From the NCBI RefSeq assembly GCF_001194135.2, contig NC_068986.1, positions 73,725,570 through 73,789,569 on the forward strand: DNA of 64,000 bases. Direction: 5' to 3'. The notes below the pieces were generated by a model. That model worked only from the letters and a program-made list of their open reading frames with translations, ran no database searches and was not told the DNA's origin. A program made the position numbers and the translations under genes. This document shows positions 1 to 13,218 of this stretch, one piece after another. The stretch is from Octopus bimaculoides. Taxonomy: Eukaryota. Each line of letters begins with the position of its first letter. The stretch's first letter is position 1.

Positions 1-1129
1 ATATACACACATGGGGGGAGAGCTTATTTATATGGTCAAACAGACTCTAAAAAGGTTGGTGTTGATATCTGTCAGTAAGACTTATATTATGTAGTAAAAT
101 CACTAATAAAGAATACAATAGCATTTTGGACAGTGTCTTTCTTGGAAAAATCAAAAGGAGAGAAATAAATGATAGACAACAGAGTTTTACATCCTCTAAT
201 TAAAAAAGAAAAAAAAAAACTGGCTGCCACAGATGATGTGTATGTGTAAAATTGATATATATGTATTTTATAAAGAAATAGTCTTTTGTATATATCTTTA
301 CCTATGCGCTCGACAAAAATAAACAGCTTCAGGGTTTCAGAGTGATAATATAATATAGAAGAATGACTAAGTGATTAGATATGAATCTTACTTCTTCTGC
401 TATCCACTGATGATGGAACAACATAGACACACACACACACATACACACATGTTTGTATACATGTTTGTGTGTGTGAGTGGATATGTATGTGTCAACATGT
501 GTGTATTTGTGTGTGTGTGTGTGCATGTATATTCCCCAGATATGATATATTTCACTAGGTCACGTGCAGCATAAAAAGCATATATGTTTATGTGTCTCCA
601 TCATCAATGGACTGTTGAAAGTAAAAAGTTTCATGTGAAAAAGCAAGGTGATTTTCATATACAGTAAAAATATGTTAAGTAATATTGTAAAATATCATAA
701 ACAACTGAAACATGTATGATTCAATTATATTCTTTCAATATGTAAAACTTTTACATGAGAGAGCTTCTACTCTCAGAGATTAACAATGAAGATACAATTT
801 AGCATCAAAATACAGTAAGACGCTATTATATTGATTTTAGAAATAAATGGCTTCTAAATATAATGAAATATTTCTTCAGGTAAAGATTTAACAGAAAGCT
901 CTATGGATATATGCATGTGTGTGTGTGTGAGTGTGTGTGTGTGTGTATGTGTGTGTGTGTGTTGTATGTTCATGAGTTTCATTTTTATGGTATGGCTTCC
1001 ATGGCTGGATGCTTTTCCTAGCACCAATGGCTTTATAGAGTTTACTGGATGTATTTTTTTGTGACAACAGTGCAAGAGAGGGTAAGATAATAAGAAGTGG
1101 ATAGATGATGAGGGTAAATGATAAACAAC

Positions 1130-1560
1130 CAGAGGTAATTATACGGTCGAGTATATGACATATACACAGATCTAAGGAGTTCCTCAAGATGGGCAAAAGA
1201 ACAAGGGAGATGATTTCCACAACAGAGCATGTTTTATCCTTGTGGTCCCACACAACAGTATCTGGTTGATTGTATTTTAACTCTTTCGTTACCGTATTTA
1301 TTTTGAGATGCTTTGTGTTTCTTTCAATTAATTTTAAATATAACAATGAATTTAGTAAAATAACTTAGTTATCATTAAGTTAGTGTTAGGAGCATAAATT
1401 GTGACTAAGGTTTGGTGGAAGATTTTAATTTAAAACTTATGAAAACAAGACATTTGTACTACAAAGCCAAAGGCAGTTTCAGCCGGGTTAGTAATGAAAG
1501 GGTTAACTTGGTGGCTGTTTTAAATCTTAAGTTCCACCAATATTTTCTTTTACCCACGAG
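1130..1560 (-). mobile_element. R4/Dong-type (restriction-like endonuclease) non-LTR retrotransposon fragment, split by a MITE
   Basis: Removing 1281-1506 gives the minus-strand frame KYWWNLRFKTATKLKYNQPDTVVWDHKDKTCSVVEII, which resembles the RLE motif W..D/N...T...L.HN.PD.VV.D...K.C.II(D/E)I. Confidence 0.7.
1281..1502. mobile_element. piggyBac-type MITE (family 1)
   Basis: TTAA at 1277-1280 and 1503-1506; terminal inverted repeats ctctttcgttac / gtaatgaaaggg; a reverse-complement relative lies at 10587-10807. Confidence 0.8.
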
Positions 1561-1789
1561 TATCAATAAGGTCATCTTTGTCTGCTGATATTTTCGTTTT
1601 ACTTGTTGAGTTCCTGTCCCGCTCAACATTATTACAATCTTTTCTTTCTCTCTCTCTCACGTTCCCATTTCTTACCACTCTACTCCCACCTGATGCAACC
1701 ACGTTTCCCCTCTAATGCAAAATTCCTTTTTCTGTCCCTTAGTACTACTCCTTGTCTCCTCAGTCGAGAAAGTCTTGTCCTGCAAGTGA

Positions 1790-1990
1790 CCTCATGGCTG
1801 CTGGTGCCACATAAAAAACATCCAGTACACTCTGAAGAATGATTGGTGTTTGGAAGAGCATCCAACTGTAGAAACTATGCCAAAGCAAATAGCAATGAGT
1901 GATGCAGTCTTCTGACTTAAAAGTTCTTGTTGAAGAGTACGACCCATGCCATCATGGAAAACAGATGTTAAACGATAATGATGATGATAA
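1790..1990 (+). mobile_element. RTE-related (GAT)n-tailed retroposon fragment (family X)
   Basis: ggtgccacataaaaaac...ggaagagcatccaactgtagaaac...catggaaaacagatgttaaacgat(gat)n. Confidence 0.65.
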
Positions 1991-2649
1991 TGATGATGAT
2001 GGTGAATTTCCAGATTGTTCTGATCAATATATAATGCCTCATGGGAAGATAGTATCTAGATGTCATTTTCTCATAGTTGGCAATAATATAGCTTTGTGTG
2101 TGTGAGTGTATGTGTGTGTGTGAGTGTATGTGTGTGTGAGTGTATGTGTGTGTGTGTGTGTGTGTGTGCATGTATGCATTTGTGTGCTTATGTTTGTTTC
2201 CATATGTTTGTGCATTGAACACTGTTTTAGTAGTAGTGATATATATTTGTGTTTCGCATAAACAAATATCTGGTAACTAAGTGATTCAATGTTGCATAGA
2301 TGTGGAATGGAAGTACCATATTTGAAATGGAGAATTACCACGTAAAGCATTTGACTGTAGAATTTCTCAGCTATAAACTTCATCCAACCCATGCCAGATG
2401 GGAAAAACAGATGTAAAAACGATGATGTAGATGGATAAATGGACACACACACTCACTCACACACACACACAATATTATATTTATTAATGCTGATATTTGA
2501 CATTATGTAACTCAACATTTCACATCTCAAATTCCCAGATGAAATATAAAGTTATGTAACTTGAAATGTTATCTTCAGTAAATATAATATTCTTTTGATA
2601 TTGTGTGGTGCCTCTTCACTTCTTGTTTGCATTTATACATTACACTCAG

Positions 2650-2785
2650 ATGCACACAACTATATGTATGTATATACATATATGTGTATGCCTGTGTGTT
2701 TGTGTGTCTGTGTGTGTGCATGTATATATATGTATATAGAAAGTGTTACTTGATCTCCTTCATGACCAAGGATATGAAGAACAGT

Positions 2786-2842
<57 letters not shown>

Positions 2843-2977
2843 GACACCAACACACCACACACACACATATATACACACAAGCATATATATATATACATAC
2901 ACACACATACATATATATATATATACATACACACACACATAAATATATATTTATATAGATATACATACATACATGCA

Positions 2978-3023
<46 letters not shown>

Positions 3024-3202
3024 CGTGCACACACAGAGGTTCAATGGACAAGCCTATGAAATTTTAAGTTGCATGGAGCCAAATCAAACTGTTATTAAAT
3101 GAATAATATATATATAACTCTTACCAAATGTGTTGAGTGCCACTTTCTTTGGTTTGTCCACTCATTCATACATACACACACACCAATACATAAGTGTGTG
3201 TA

Positions 3203-3250
<48 letters not shown>
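2650..3250. repeat. Compound (TA)n/(CA)n/(TG)n microsatellite block
   Basis: Visible dinucleotide runs; source of the YI/HT/VC pseudo-ORFs. Confidence 0.95.
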
Positions 3251-3748
3251 GAGAGACACATTGTCTGATGTGGGTGGTAAGAAAGCTAATTGGAAGAGTG
3301 AAAACATTAAATAACTTTTTTCATCATTTTACTGTCTTTCTCTCTTCTCTCTCTCTCTCTCCTCTGCCATTCTCTATTTCTCTCCATCACCACTAATCAA
3401 ACATATCATCACAAAGGAACATCCAGTAGAGATTGGTTAGAAGTGAGCTGCCTGTCAGACAGATAGTTCTGTGATAAATGAGAAATTGGTGCAAAATGGA
3501 CCAATATTGGCTTGAAACACTGACATCATAGAATGCTGGGAATTAGCAATACCTTCTATATTAGCGTGATAGTGTTAATATTCCAAATACTCGTAAAATT
3601 CCTGAAAATAAATTTGCTTATGATTGGGTTGTATAGCTCTACAAATTTAGACACTAGCATCATTAGTTTAAAATGTCAGTATTGATATCATGTATGTGTG
3701 TGTGTATGAGAGACAGAAAGAGAAAGAGAGACAGACAGAATATTTTTA

Positions 3749-4122
3749 TCTTTTACATCTTTCAGTCATTAGACTGAGGCCATGCTGAGGCAATGGGCTG
3801 AAGAAATTTTACTGGAATGTATTGGCTCCAGTCCGTAATTTCTTTGCTACGCTTGGTACTTATTCCATCAGCCCCTTTTGCTGAGTTGCTAAGTTACATG
3901 GATGTAAACACACAAACTCCAGTTGTCAAGCATTAGTCACACATACACACCCTCACACACACACACATATATATACATACAATGGGCTTCTTTCAGTTTC
4001 CGTCTACTAAATCCACTCGCAAGACTTTGGTTGGTCTGATGATATAGCAGAAGACACTGGCCTGAACATGGAACCATGTGGTTTGGAAGCAAGCTTCTTA
4101 CCACATAGCCACACTTGCACCT
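3749..4122 (-). mobile_element. tRNA-headed SINE, family A
   Basis: Reverse complement of ggctgtgtggtaagaagcttgcttcc head, ggatttagtagacggaaactgaaagaagccc core and gactgaaa tail. Confidence 0.85.
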
Positions 4123-4319
4123 ATTTATATTGTATATTATTTGTGTAAATCTTTATACATATCTTTCCAAAGCACCAAAGGCCAGTTTTTTTTTTTTTTT
4201 TGGAATCAAACAGATACAAGGTAAATCTCTCTGGATAGGAAGTCCGTGATAGCGTAGGGAGATGGTTGTCTGATTATGTATTTTGCTTCATAATCATGTG
4301 GTTTGGGGTTCAAACCAAC

Positions 4320-4651
4320 ATGCTGGGGCACTGCCTTGAAGAATTTTAGTCGAGTGAATCACTCCCTATGCATATTTTAATTTTTTAACCCTGTTACTTA
4401 TTCTATTTGTTTCTATTGTTAAATTGCTAAGTTACAGGGATGTAAACACAGCAACACCATTTGTCAATTGGTGGTGGTGGACAAACACACACTCACACAC
4501 GACAGGTTTCTTTCTGTTTCCATCTACCAAATCTACCCACAAGGTTTTGGTTGGCTTAAAGCTATAGTGGAAGACACTTGCAATGGGACTGAACCCAGAG
4601 CCATGTGGATGGGAAGCAACCTTTTTGCCACCCAGTCATGCCCCCTGCCTA
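4320..4651 (-). mobile_element. tRNA-headed SINE, family A (degraded)
   Basis: Same modules as 3749-4122. Confidence 0.75.
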
Positions 4652-4979
4652 CAGTTTGTTAATTCATTAAATTATTTACAGTAACATTGTTTTTTTTTTA
4701 TCTCCTTTTCATAGCTAAATATATTTACTAACACCATCACTATAACTGTTGTTATCTGGTTTTGTTATGAGTTTGGTTCACAGAAACATGTAATGTAATT
4801 TATTTAAGTGTGGTATATTGCAACTTGCCTTGGGATATCAGACACAGATTTTCTTTTCTTTTTAATGGTTCAGCATTATTATTCTGCAATAATCCTTCAA
4901 CCATAATTCTTGTTTGTTTATCCTTCTTTTTCAATTTTCCAACCTACCAAGTATCATCCCTAACATTGAAATGTTGGGC

Positions 4980-5280
4980 ACTGGCAACGAGTCCAGGGGC
5001 ATCGTTTCCAGTGCTCCTGGACTGGCTCTTGTGCGGGTGGCACATGAAATGCACCACTTTGAGCGTGATCGTTGCTGGTGCCGCCTGACTGGCCTTCGTG
5101 CGGGTGACATGTAAAAGCACCCACTACACTCTGAGTGGTTGGCATTAGGAAGGGCATCCAGCTGTAGAAACTCTGCCAAATCAGATTGGAGCCTGGTGTA
5201 GCCATCTGGTTTCACCAGTCCTCAGTCAAATTGTCCAACCCATGCTAGCATGGAAAGCGGACGTTAAACGACGATGATGA
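4980..5280 (+). mobile_element. RTE-related (GAT)n-tailed retroposon (family X)
   Basis: Two ggtggcac-taaaagcacc modules, ggcattaggaagggcatccagctgtagaaac, catggaaagcggacgttaaacgacgatgatga tail. Confidence 0.8.
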
Positions 5281-6009
5281 TATCTTTGTCATCATCATCG
5301 TCGTCATTAATTTTAGGTCTATTTTTGCTGTTGACTGAGTCAATTTTTATTGAGTGCCACTACCCTCATAGACTGGTCTCTCTGTCATTTAGTTTGGTTT
5401 CTACAGCTGGATGCCCTTTCTATCACCAGCCCATTTACAGAGTATATCAGGTCGATTTTATTGTGTCACCATCAGTAATGAGGTTGTCATGTCCTGGATG
5501 AGACAGGCCCAAAGGGATCTCTTGACCCTACATCTTGTCTATTCACTAGTCAACCACAGTATGGAGTGTGTTGGGTAGTGTGAGGGGCATTCTTTCCTGT
5601 CGTCAGCACAGAGAGTTTGCTTACATACCATAAGAGTAAAGAGCAATCACTACTGTAAGGTATGGTCACTCAAGGCAACATGAACAAGGGACAGGAATAG
5701 GCAAAAAGGGTGAAGAGTTAGAATTGAGTGGGTAAAAGTAGCAAGATTGTGATGGTAGAAACAAAGTGATTTGGGTGAAGAGAAGGCGGTGATGGTAATG
5801 ATTGGAGTGGTCAAAGGTGGGAATAAGTGATGAATGACAGAATGACAAGAGAGGCCTGGAGGAAAGTGAGTGATGACTGGCAGTACAGGAATTTCGAAGA
5901 AAGAATATACTGTTCAATGCAGTCTTTTATACCCAGGTCTAGTGATGAATGACAGAGAAGGAGTTGTACAAGTGGTATGAATGTATGATTGTATGACACA
6001 GATAAGGTT

Positions 6010-6135
6010 ATTCATACCTCAAGATGCAACTGGCAACAGTATATCCAAACTTTGGGCTACAGGAACCAGCAAAACTCAACAGTTGTACCCAAGTGCACAT
6101 TCTAAGTCAAGCTCCTGACTAGAAAGATCTATTTC
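6010..6135 (+). mobile_element. Possible degraded R4/Dong LINE C-terminal fragment
   Basis: caaaactcaacagtt...gcacattctaag reads Q.ST.V...AHIL with a frameshift, similar to QKIALLGTAHILR at 39041-39245. Confidence 0.35.
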
Positions 6136-6703
6136 CCTAAAATGATCCCCTCATGTCTGCCACCCTCAATGCCCCGTCAAAAAAAGAGGCTGCTGATAGA
6201 ACCCTGCTTCTTGATGTCCCCTTCACTTCCGGTCATATCGTTACTTTACTTTTCCCACATCGCACCCTTCATTCTTCCATTGAGTGATGGTGAGATGAAT
6301 GATGGGTATAAGTATGTGACTGATTGAGATGAGTGATGGAATAGAGAGATGCATGATGGAAGAAGATAAATGACAGCTTAAGCAAAGCTGTTTTGATATG
6401 GAGTTCACTTAAGCATACCATTTTGAGTTATATCTCACTGCATGACACACCTTGATCAAGACCCTTCTATTATAGCATTGGGTCGATCCATTCCTTGTAA
6501 GTGGAAATGGTAAATAAAAGTTGTATGGAGGCCTGTTGGTGTGTGTATATAAATAAGATGTGTATGTACATGCATGTATGTCTGTGTGAATGTTAACATT
6601 TTGCATTTTCAAATGAAGTTATTTGAGCAAAAGAAAATAAATCAGTTATTTTATGTTGATATTTGTAACAAATTTTCTGGTAATTCTTTATTTTTAAAGA
6701 ATA

Positions 6704-7092
6704 GCATGGCTGTGTGGCAAGAAGCTTGCTTCCTAACTATATGGTTCCAGGTTCAGTCCCATTGTGTGGCACCTTGAGCAGGTTTCTTCTACTACCTTGG
6801 GTCGACCAAAGCCTTGTGGGTGGATTTGGTAGATAGAAACTGAAAGAAACCCATTGTGTATGTGTGTGTGTGTTTGTGTGTGTTTGAGTTTGTTCCCCCA
6901 CCATTGCTTGACAACTGATGCTTGTGTGTTTATGTCCCCGAAACTTAGCAGTTCAGTAAAAGAGAACAATAAAACAAATACTAGGCTCACAAAGAATAAG
7001 ATCTGAGGTTAATTTCTTTGATTAAAACCCTTTAAGGTGGTGCTCCAGCATGGCCACAGTCAAATGACTGAAACATGTAAAAGAATAAAAGA
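6704..7092 (+). mobile_element. tRNA-headed SINE, family A
   Basis: A-box-like tggctgtgtgg, B-box-like ggttcagtccc, core and tail present. Confidence 0.85.
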
Positions 7093-7515
7093 CCAAGTAG
7101 AATAAAAAAAGAACCCAAAAAAACTCCTACATGTATAACAGGTAAGGGTTAGCAACAGGAAGGGTACCCAGTATGTATTTGTCCAGTCCATACTAGCAAG
7201 GAATAACATGTAAAAATGTGCAAATGAATGTATTCAACTTTTATTCCTTTATTCCACTAATGGCTGATGAGCTTTTGTTTCTTTGATAGTTTTGGTTCAT
7301 TGTTTTTGCACCATTTCCCTCTTCCTTCTCCTTTCAGCACATAGCAGAGTCTATGAAATCTTTCATAGATTAAGTCGTGCTGTAATTGCCTGTTTTCTAA
7401 AGAGTTCTATGAGGAAACCTGCCAATTTCAAACTCTAAACTACCGCAATACAGCCTTAAATCTCTGCTATCAGACACTTGGCTGTCTTCTACTATATTTC
7501 ACTACTGTTGCTCAT

Positions 7516-7549
<34 letters not shown>

Positions 7550-8146
7550 ATATGCAATAATTCTATAAATGGTAGATATAGACAGAGGATTCTTATCAGC
7601 AATCTCTGTCTGCATCATCCATTCATCATCATCATCATCAACACCACCACTGCCATTGCAAGCACCATTATTATTATAGTCATCATTGTCATCAGAATTG
7701 TTGCTGATATATAATGAATACTGCCATTACCTGTACTGATACAACCAGAAATGGCTCTGACGAAAGTAACATTAATTTTTGGGGTTTGTTCTATTTTTCT
7801 CAACTGATCAATAGTCTAATTGAGTAAACCTATCAGTAATGTACCTATAATGACTACTGGAAACAGCTGTAAGCCAAATTTGCTCCAATAAAGGAAAAAA
7901 TATGTAATAACTGTTATTTATAACCTGTCTTGTGTATCACTCTTTGTCAAAAAGAGTTTGTCTGGAGCCCCTCCACAGATTTACTATATAGAATTGTGAT
8001 GAACCATAACCTTGGACCCTGCCATAAGAATACCTGGAGTTCTTCACTAATCTAAATAATGCTGTTAGTCTGGTGTGTCAACAGAGAGCTTATGAAGTAT
8101 TTTGACTGGATTGATAGTCCCCTACTATTAGCTATATATATATATG

Positions 8147-8234
8147 TATAATCATAAATATATAGGGATTAGCAGTATCCTGCTTCTCCTACATTCTCCA
8201 GGATACTGCTAATCCCTATATATTTATGATTATA
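8147..8234. repeat. Perfect 36-bp inverted repeat with 16-nt spacer
   Basis: 8147-8182 is the exact reverse complement of 8199-8234. Confidence 0.95.
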
Positions 8235-8332
8235 AATGGTTTTACCGATAAGGTTTTTTCATACTGAGCTACCCGGCAAAATTGTTAATTATTAATTTTA
8301 TTACTAATTAACGATTCCCTGCCCTATATATC

Positions 8333-8366
<34 letters not shown>

Positions 8367-8388
8367 TGTATGTATGTATGAATGTATG

Positions 8389-8441
<53 letters not shown>

Positions 8442-8502
8442 TTGTGTGCATATATATGTGTATATATATATATATGTATGTGTGTGTATATANNNNNNNN
8501 NN

Positions 8503-8540
<38 letters not shown>

Positions 8541-8780
8541 AAACTGACCTCCATCACCACTAGCACAATCTTTAGTTGATCTTCTGTCACACCCCACCCC
8601 TGCTATTGATTGACCTTGTATTGAATGAGGATCAGTATAAACACCTTTGAGCTATATAAAACTTCAACTGTAACCTTTTAGTGCCTTTAACTGAACTTGA
8701 CTCTAGAATACCATTCCTTCTGCCAATCTGTTATTTCTATACAACAGACAGCTATTGTTGTTGTTGCTAGAAGTAGAACT

Positions 8781-9134
8781 ATCATCCCCATAACTTAGTG
8801 GTTCAGCCAAACAGACCAATAGAATACCTATATATTCAGCCAATAGAATACCTAGGCTTTAAAAAATAAGTACTGGGGCCAATTCAATAGATTAAAATAC
8901 TTCAAGGCAGTGTCCCAGCATGATCTCAGTCTAATGACTGAGACAAGTAAAAGAAATAAAAGAAATATACTATCAAGGTGCACGCATGGCTGTGCAGTCA
9001 GAAGTTTGCTTTCCAACCACATGGTTCTGGGTTCAGTCCCACTGCATGACACCTTGGGCAAGTGTTTTCTATTATAGCCTTGAACTGACCAAAGCCTTGT
9101 GAGTAGATTTGGTAGGTGGAAACTGAAAGAAGCC

Positions 9135-9178
<44 letters not shown>

Positions 9179-9570
9179 AGGGATAAAAATCCAAACTTAC
9201 AGGTAAAAACTCAATTAAATTCAATTTATTAAAAATTAAAATTAAATTAAGTTTCACAGTATAAAATATAAATGTATAGTTTTAGGGAAAAGAACCAAGG
9301 TTCAATATATATATATATATATGTATGTATGTACTTGTGTGTGTCTTTGTGTCTGTCTGTCCCCCCCCCCCATCACTGCTTGACAACCAGTGCTGGTGTG
9401 TTCACTTCTCTGTAACTTAGTGGTCTGGCAAAAGAGACTGATAGAATAAGTACCAGGCTTTAAAAAATAAGTTCTGGGGTCAATTTGTTCAACTAAAAAA
9501 AGAACCATTCAAGGTGGTGCTCCAACATGGCCACAGTCAAATGACTGAAACAAGTAAAATAATAAAAGAA
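8781..9570 (+). mobile_element. Family A SINE 3' half (8781-8965) followed by a full copy (8977-9570) with a foreign insert in its (TA)n
   Basis: Tail, then head and core, then 9174-9305 non-SINE sequence, then resumed 3' half. Confidence 0.75.
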
Positions 9571-9769
9571 AGAAACATTATCTAGTTTCCATATCTGAAA
9601 GAGTTTAGATATTAATTCAATATTAACTGAATTGTATGACACCAGCATGTGTGTACATGCAAAAAATAGTTTTTTACACTCATCTATCTTTTGTTGAGGA
9701 ATGTCATGTTTAAAACTATTTTCTGTTGAGATATCTCAAATTTATTGAGGCAACGTGACTTTTCATTTA

Positions 9770-10168
9770 GGTGTAGGAGTGGCTGTGTGGTAAGTAGCTT
9801 GCTTACCAACCACATGGTTCCGGGTTCAGTCCCACTGTGTGGCACCTTGGGCAAGTGTTTTCTACTATAGCCTCAAGCCAACCAAAGCCTTGTGAGTGGA
9901 TTTGGTAGACGGACACTGAAAGAAGCCCGTCGTATATATGTATATATATATATGTGCATGTGTGTTTGTGTGTCTGTGTTTGTCCCCCCCACCATCACTT
10001 GACAACCGATGGTGGTGTGTTTACGTCTCCGTAACTTAGCGGTTCGGCAAAAGAGACCGATAGAATAAGTACTAGGCTTAAAAAGAATAAGTCCTGGGGT
10101 CGATTTGCTCGACTAAAGGTGGTGCTCCAGCATGGCTGCAGTCAAATGACTGAAACAAGTAAAAGAAT
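9770..10168 (+). mobile_element. tRNA-headed SINE, family A (well-preserved copy)
   Basis: ggtgtaggagtggctgtgtggtaag...ggttcagtccc...gactgaaacaagtaaaaga. Confidence 0.9.
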
Positions 10169-10228
10169 AGATATTTAACATTATTACTGGAATAACTATG
10201 AAATTTTATTTTGCAGTTAAAGGGTAAA

Positions 10229-10570
10229 GAGTAAAGACCCCTCTCGGTCATAAATGACCATGAAATTGCATCTAGGAAGTTCCCCTCTGAGGCACAAGTC
10301 TGGGTCAGGTTGTTTGTGGAAGACCAGCAGTTGCCCATACATACCTGTCTCCTCTTTTCCATGCCGCTGATGTTATCTGAGGGAAAAGCAAAGACCAATA
10401 CAGCTTGGCATTAATGATGCTGCAACTCATTTCTATAGCTGAGTGAACTGGTGTAATGTGTATAATAAAGTGTCTTGCTCAAGAGCATAACCCATAACAC
10501 AGTCTGAGAACTGAACTCACTACCTCATAGTTGTGAGCATAACTCTCCAACCACTGGGCCATGTGCCTTG
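10229..10570 (-). mobile_element. tRNA-headed SINE, family C
   Basis: Minus-strand head ggcacatggcccagtggttggagag...gagttcagttctc, then cttgagcaagacactttat...cactcagct; flanked by cagttaaagggt(t)aa direct repeats. Confidence 0.8.
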
Positions 10571-10586
10571 ACATTTAAAGGGTTAA

Positions 10587-10807
10587 CCTTTTTGATACCA
10601 ACCCTGCTGAAACCGCCTCTGGCTCTGTAGTACAAATGTTTTTTTTTCATAAGTTTTGAATTAAAATCTTCCATCAAACTTTAGTCACAATTTATGTTCC
10701 TAACACTAGCTGAATGATAACTAAGTTATTTTACTAAATTTTTTCTTATATTTAATGTAACTGAAAGAAACACAGAGCATCTCAAAATAAATACAGTAAT
10801 GAAAGGG
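10587..10807. mobile_element. piggyBac-type MITE (family 1)
   Basis: TTAA at 10583-10586 and 10808-10811; reverse complement of the 1281-1502 element; paralogous empty site at 62355-62358. Confidence 0.85.
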
Positions 10808-11250
10808 TTAAAGTGAGTGACAATTCAGTGGGCCCCCTGTAGAGTCAAACCAAGAACCAATTGGGTTGGAGTTTAATTGGGTAACAAAATAAATCAGTCA
10901 TAGGGTGGTGTCGGTGTTGGTGGTGGTACTTGTGATGATGATGTTGATGGTGGTGGTTGTAGTTATAGTGGTAGAGGCTGTGGTGGTGGTAATGGTAGCA
11001 ATGGTTGATAAGATATATAAAACAAATGAAAAAAGATAAGGCAAGAATATATGAGAAAGAAATATAAATACAAAAATCAGAATAGAAGTGAAGTTCCTGC
11101 GTTTGATATAAATGTCTAGAAATAGAGAAACTGGTTTGTCTACTGTGTCAGTGGATTAATGGCATTGGGGTTATTGTGGTATAGGTTCATCACATTCTTG
11201 GTGCTTTTTAGCCATGGCCACCTTATCTATTTTTCATAGTACACATGTAT

Positions 11251-11281
<31 letters not shown>

Positions 11282-12276
11282 TACACATATAGATTATCCA
11301 AATTGTTCTTTCTCCATTTTGCAAGTTTCGAGAGGCACTTCACTGTTAATTATAGCCAATCATGTAACCCTGATAGAGAGTTCCTTATTGACTCAAACCT
11401 AAATTAGTTAATATTCTTAGTCAGATCCTTTTTTTTTTTCAGTTTTACTTGCAAAACTAATATCCTTCGCAAATATTACTAATCATTTCTTCCTTCCTGT
11501 GAAATTCGTTAGCTTTATGTTGGTAATTATAATTGTGGTCAATAGCCTGAAGACCATGTCATGTTGACTTTCATCTGAAAAACATTAAAGTAAATTGTTC
11601 ATTGTGCTTCCAGTGATCCAATACATTACAAGACATTATTTAGGATTCAAAGAAAAGTTTTCCTTTCATTTATATATAAGCCAAAACAAGTGCAGATAAA
11701 CAAGTTTACCCAGCTAAAGCACAGTTTTTTACCATCTTATTACTCCCTTCATGAGCGCTAGTGTTGTTAAAATCTTGTATTTTCTGCATTTAAGTGTAAG
11801 CACTATTGCAGAATTTTGTTTAAATATTGGCTATGATCTGGGCTTAGCAATAAATGATTGATGAAAACTATGAAATCTATGACAGAATGTTCAAATTAAT
11901 AAATCTGGTTCAGGAAATCACATTTAGTTTCACTGCATGGAGGCAAGTTTTAAAAATAATCACATGTAAAATTGAGAGTACATAGAATCTGTGTTTTTCT
12001 TATTATATATACGTAACACAACGTCTAATCATTATCAAATAACTCACCTGTCTTCCTTACAGGAAATATCATCTTAATTGAGTTAAATCTTGTACAAGTT
12101 TATTACTAAAACCCACTGTCAATTTAAATAAGTAACATAGATTTTAAATAGAACATTTTACATGTGAACGTATCTGATGGTATGTTAGATTAAATTCCGC
12201 CTGAGTTCAGATGATATTTAGCTATTTATACTGACATAAGGAAATATCTGAACTCTGTCTGTCTGTCTGTCTCTTG

Positions 12277-12326
<50 letters not shown>

Positions 12327-13218
12327 AATGAATGAATCAAGAGAATACAAGGTAAAAAAGCCAGGGACAAAACAATCTCTCAAGTGCTGCTGAAACAATA
12401 ATGCACATACAAAGCTTTGTGTAGAGTAGTTGGTAATAGGAAAGGCGTCCAGCCATAAATATCAGGCAAAAAAAAATGAAATGTACAAGCAGGTATAACT
12501 CCTGACATATCTAGTGGACGGGGATGGGGGGCAGTAATTTCAAATAAGAGCTAACATGGCTTGTATGTCTGGTCACCCTCAGTGCTATAAGTAACCTGCA
12601 ACCCATTAAAACCTCTTGTATTTTCAAGCCATTGGCAACTAAACTGGCAAATTTACCAAGCCTTCTTCGTAAGGAGAGTGGTTTTTGTTGAACACTCTTC
12701 AGGAAGGGTGGTTGAACTCAGTAAAGTCAGTGGCCATCTAACAGCTTTGATAAGGAAAAGCCTGGTGTAACACCTGTGACTTTGTTTGCATCCAACGGTG
12801 TAGATTAGTTCTTCTTGTTGGGCAATTGCATGCATTGCTGAGACAGTGTGATTGACCTTGTGAAAGGCCTTTCCTCACTTTGAAAATCTTCAAGCACAGG
12901 CAGCAGCACTTGGTTTTAATATCTCTATTTATGTGTTGTATATTATGGCTAATTAAAAGTGAAAAGCTCACTGCAAAATTCCATGATGGAATAAAGGCAT
13001 GTGTCAGCATGGGTGGTATCTCTCTGAACTCCTGATGCAAGAGGTGTCCATCATTGCTACATCTTTAATTGTCCGCATCTGTACTGCTTTAAGATAACAA
13101 TCAATTGATGGCTTGAAATCAACTTGTAACCATCATGTATGTATAGATGTACGTATAAATGTATTAATAATTAGAGTATCAATACAACATATGTTATGAA
13201 TTAATATATCTATGCAGT

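Noticed and set aside
12203-12255. Weak stem-loop gagttcagat...atctgaactc
   Set aside because: Only ~10-14 paired bases, which is within chance expectation.
12650-13070. Possible LINE RT or transposase fragment (DFSK...KAFHKVNH)
   Set aside because: The motif is interrupted and the flanking residues do not follow RT consensus; too weak to call.
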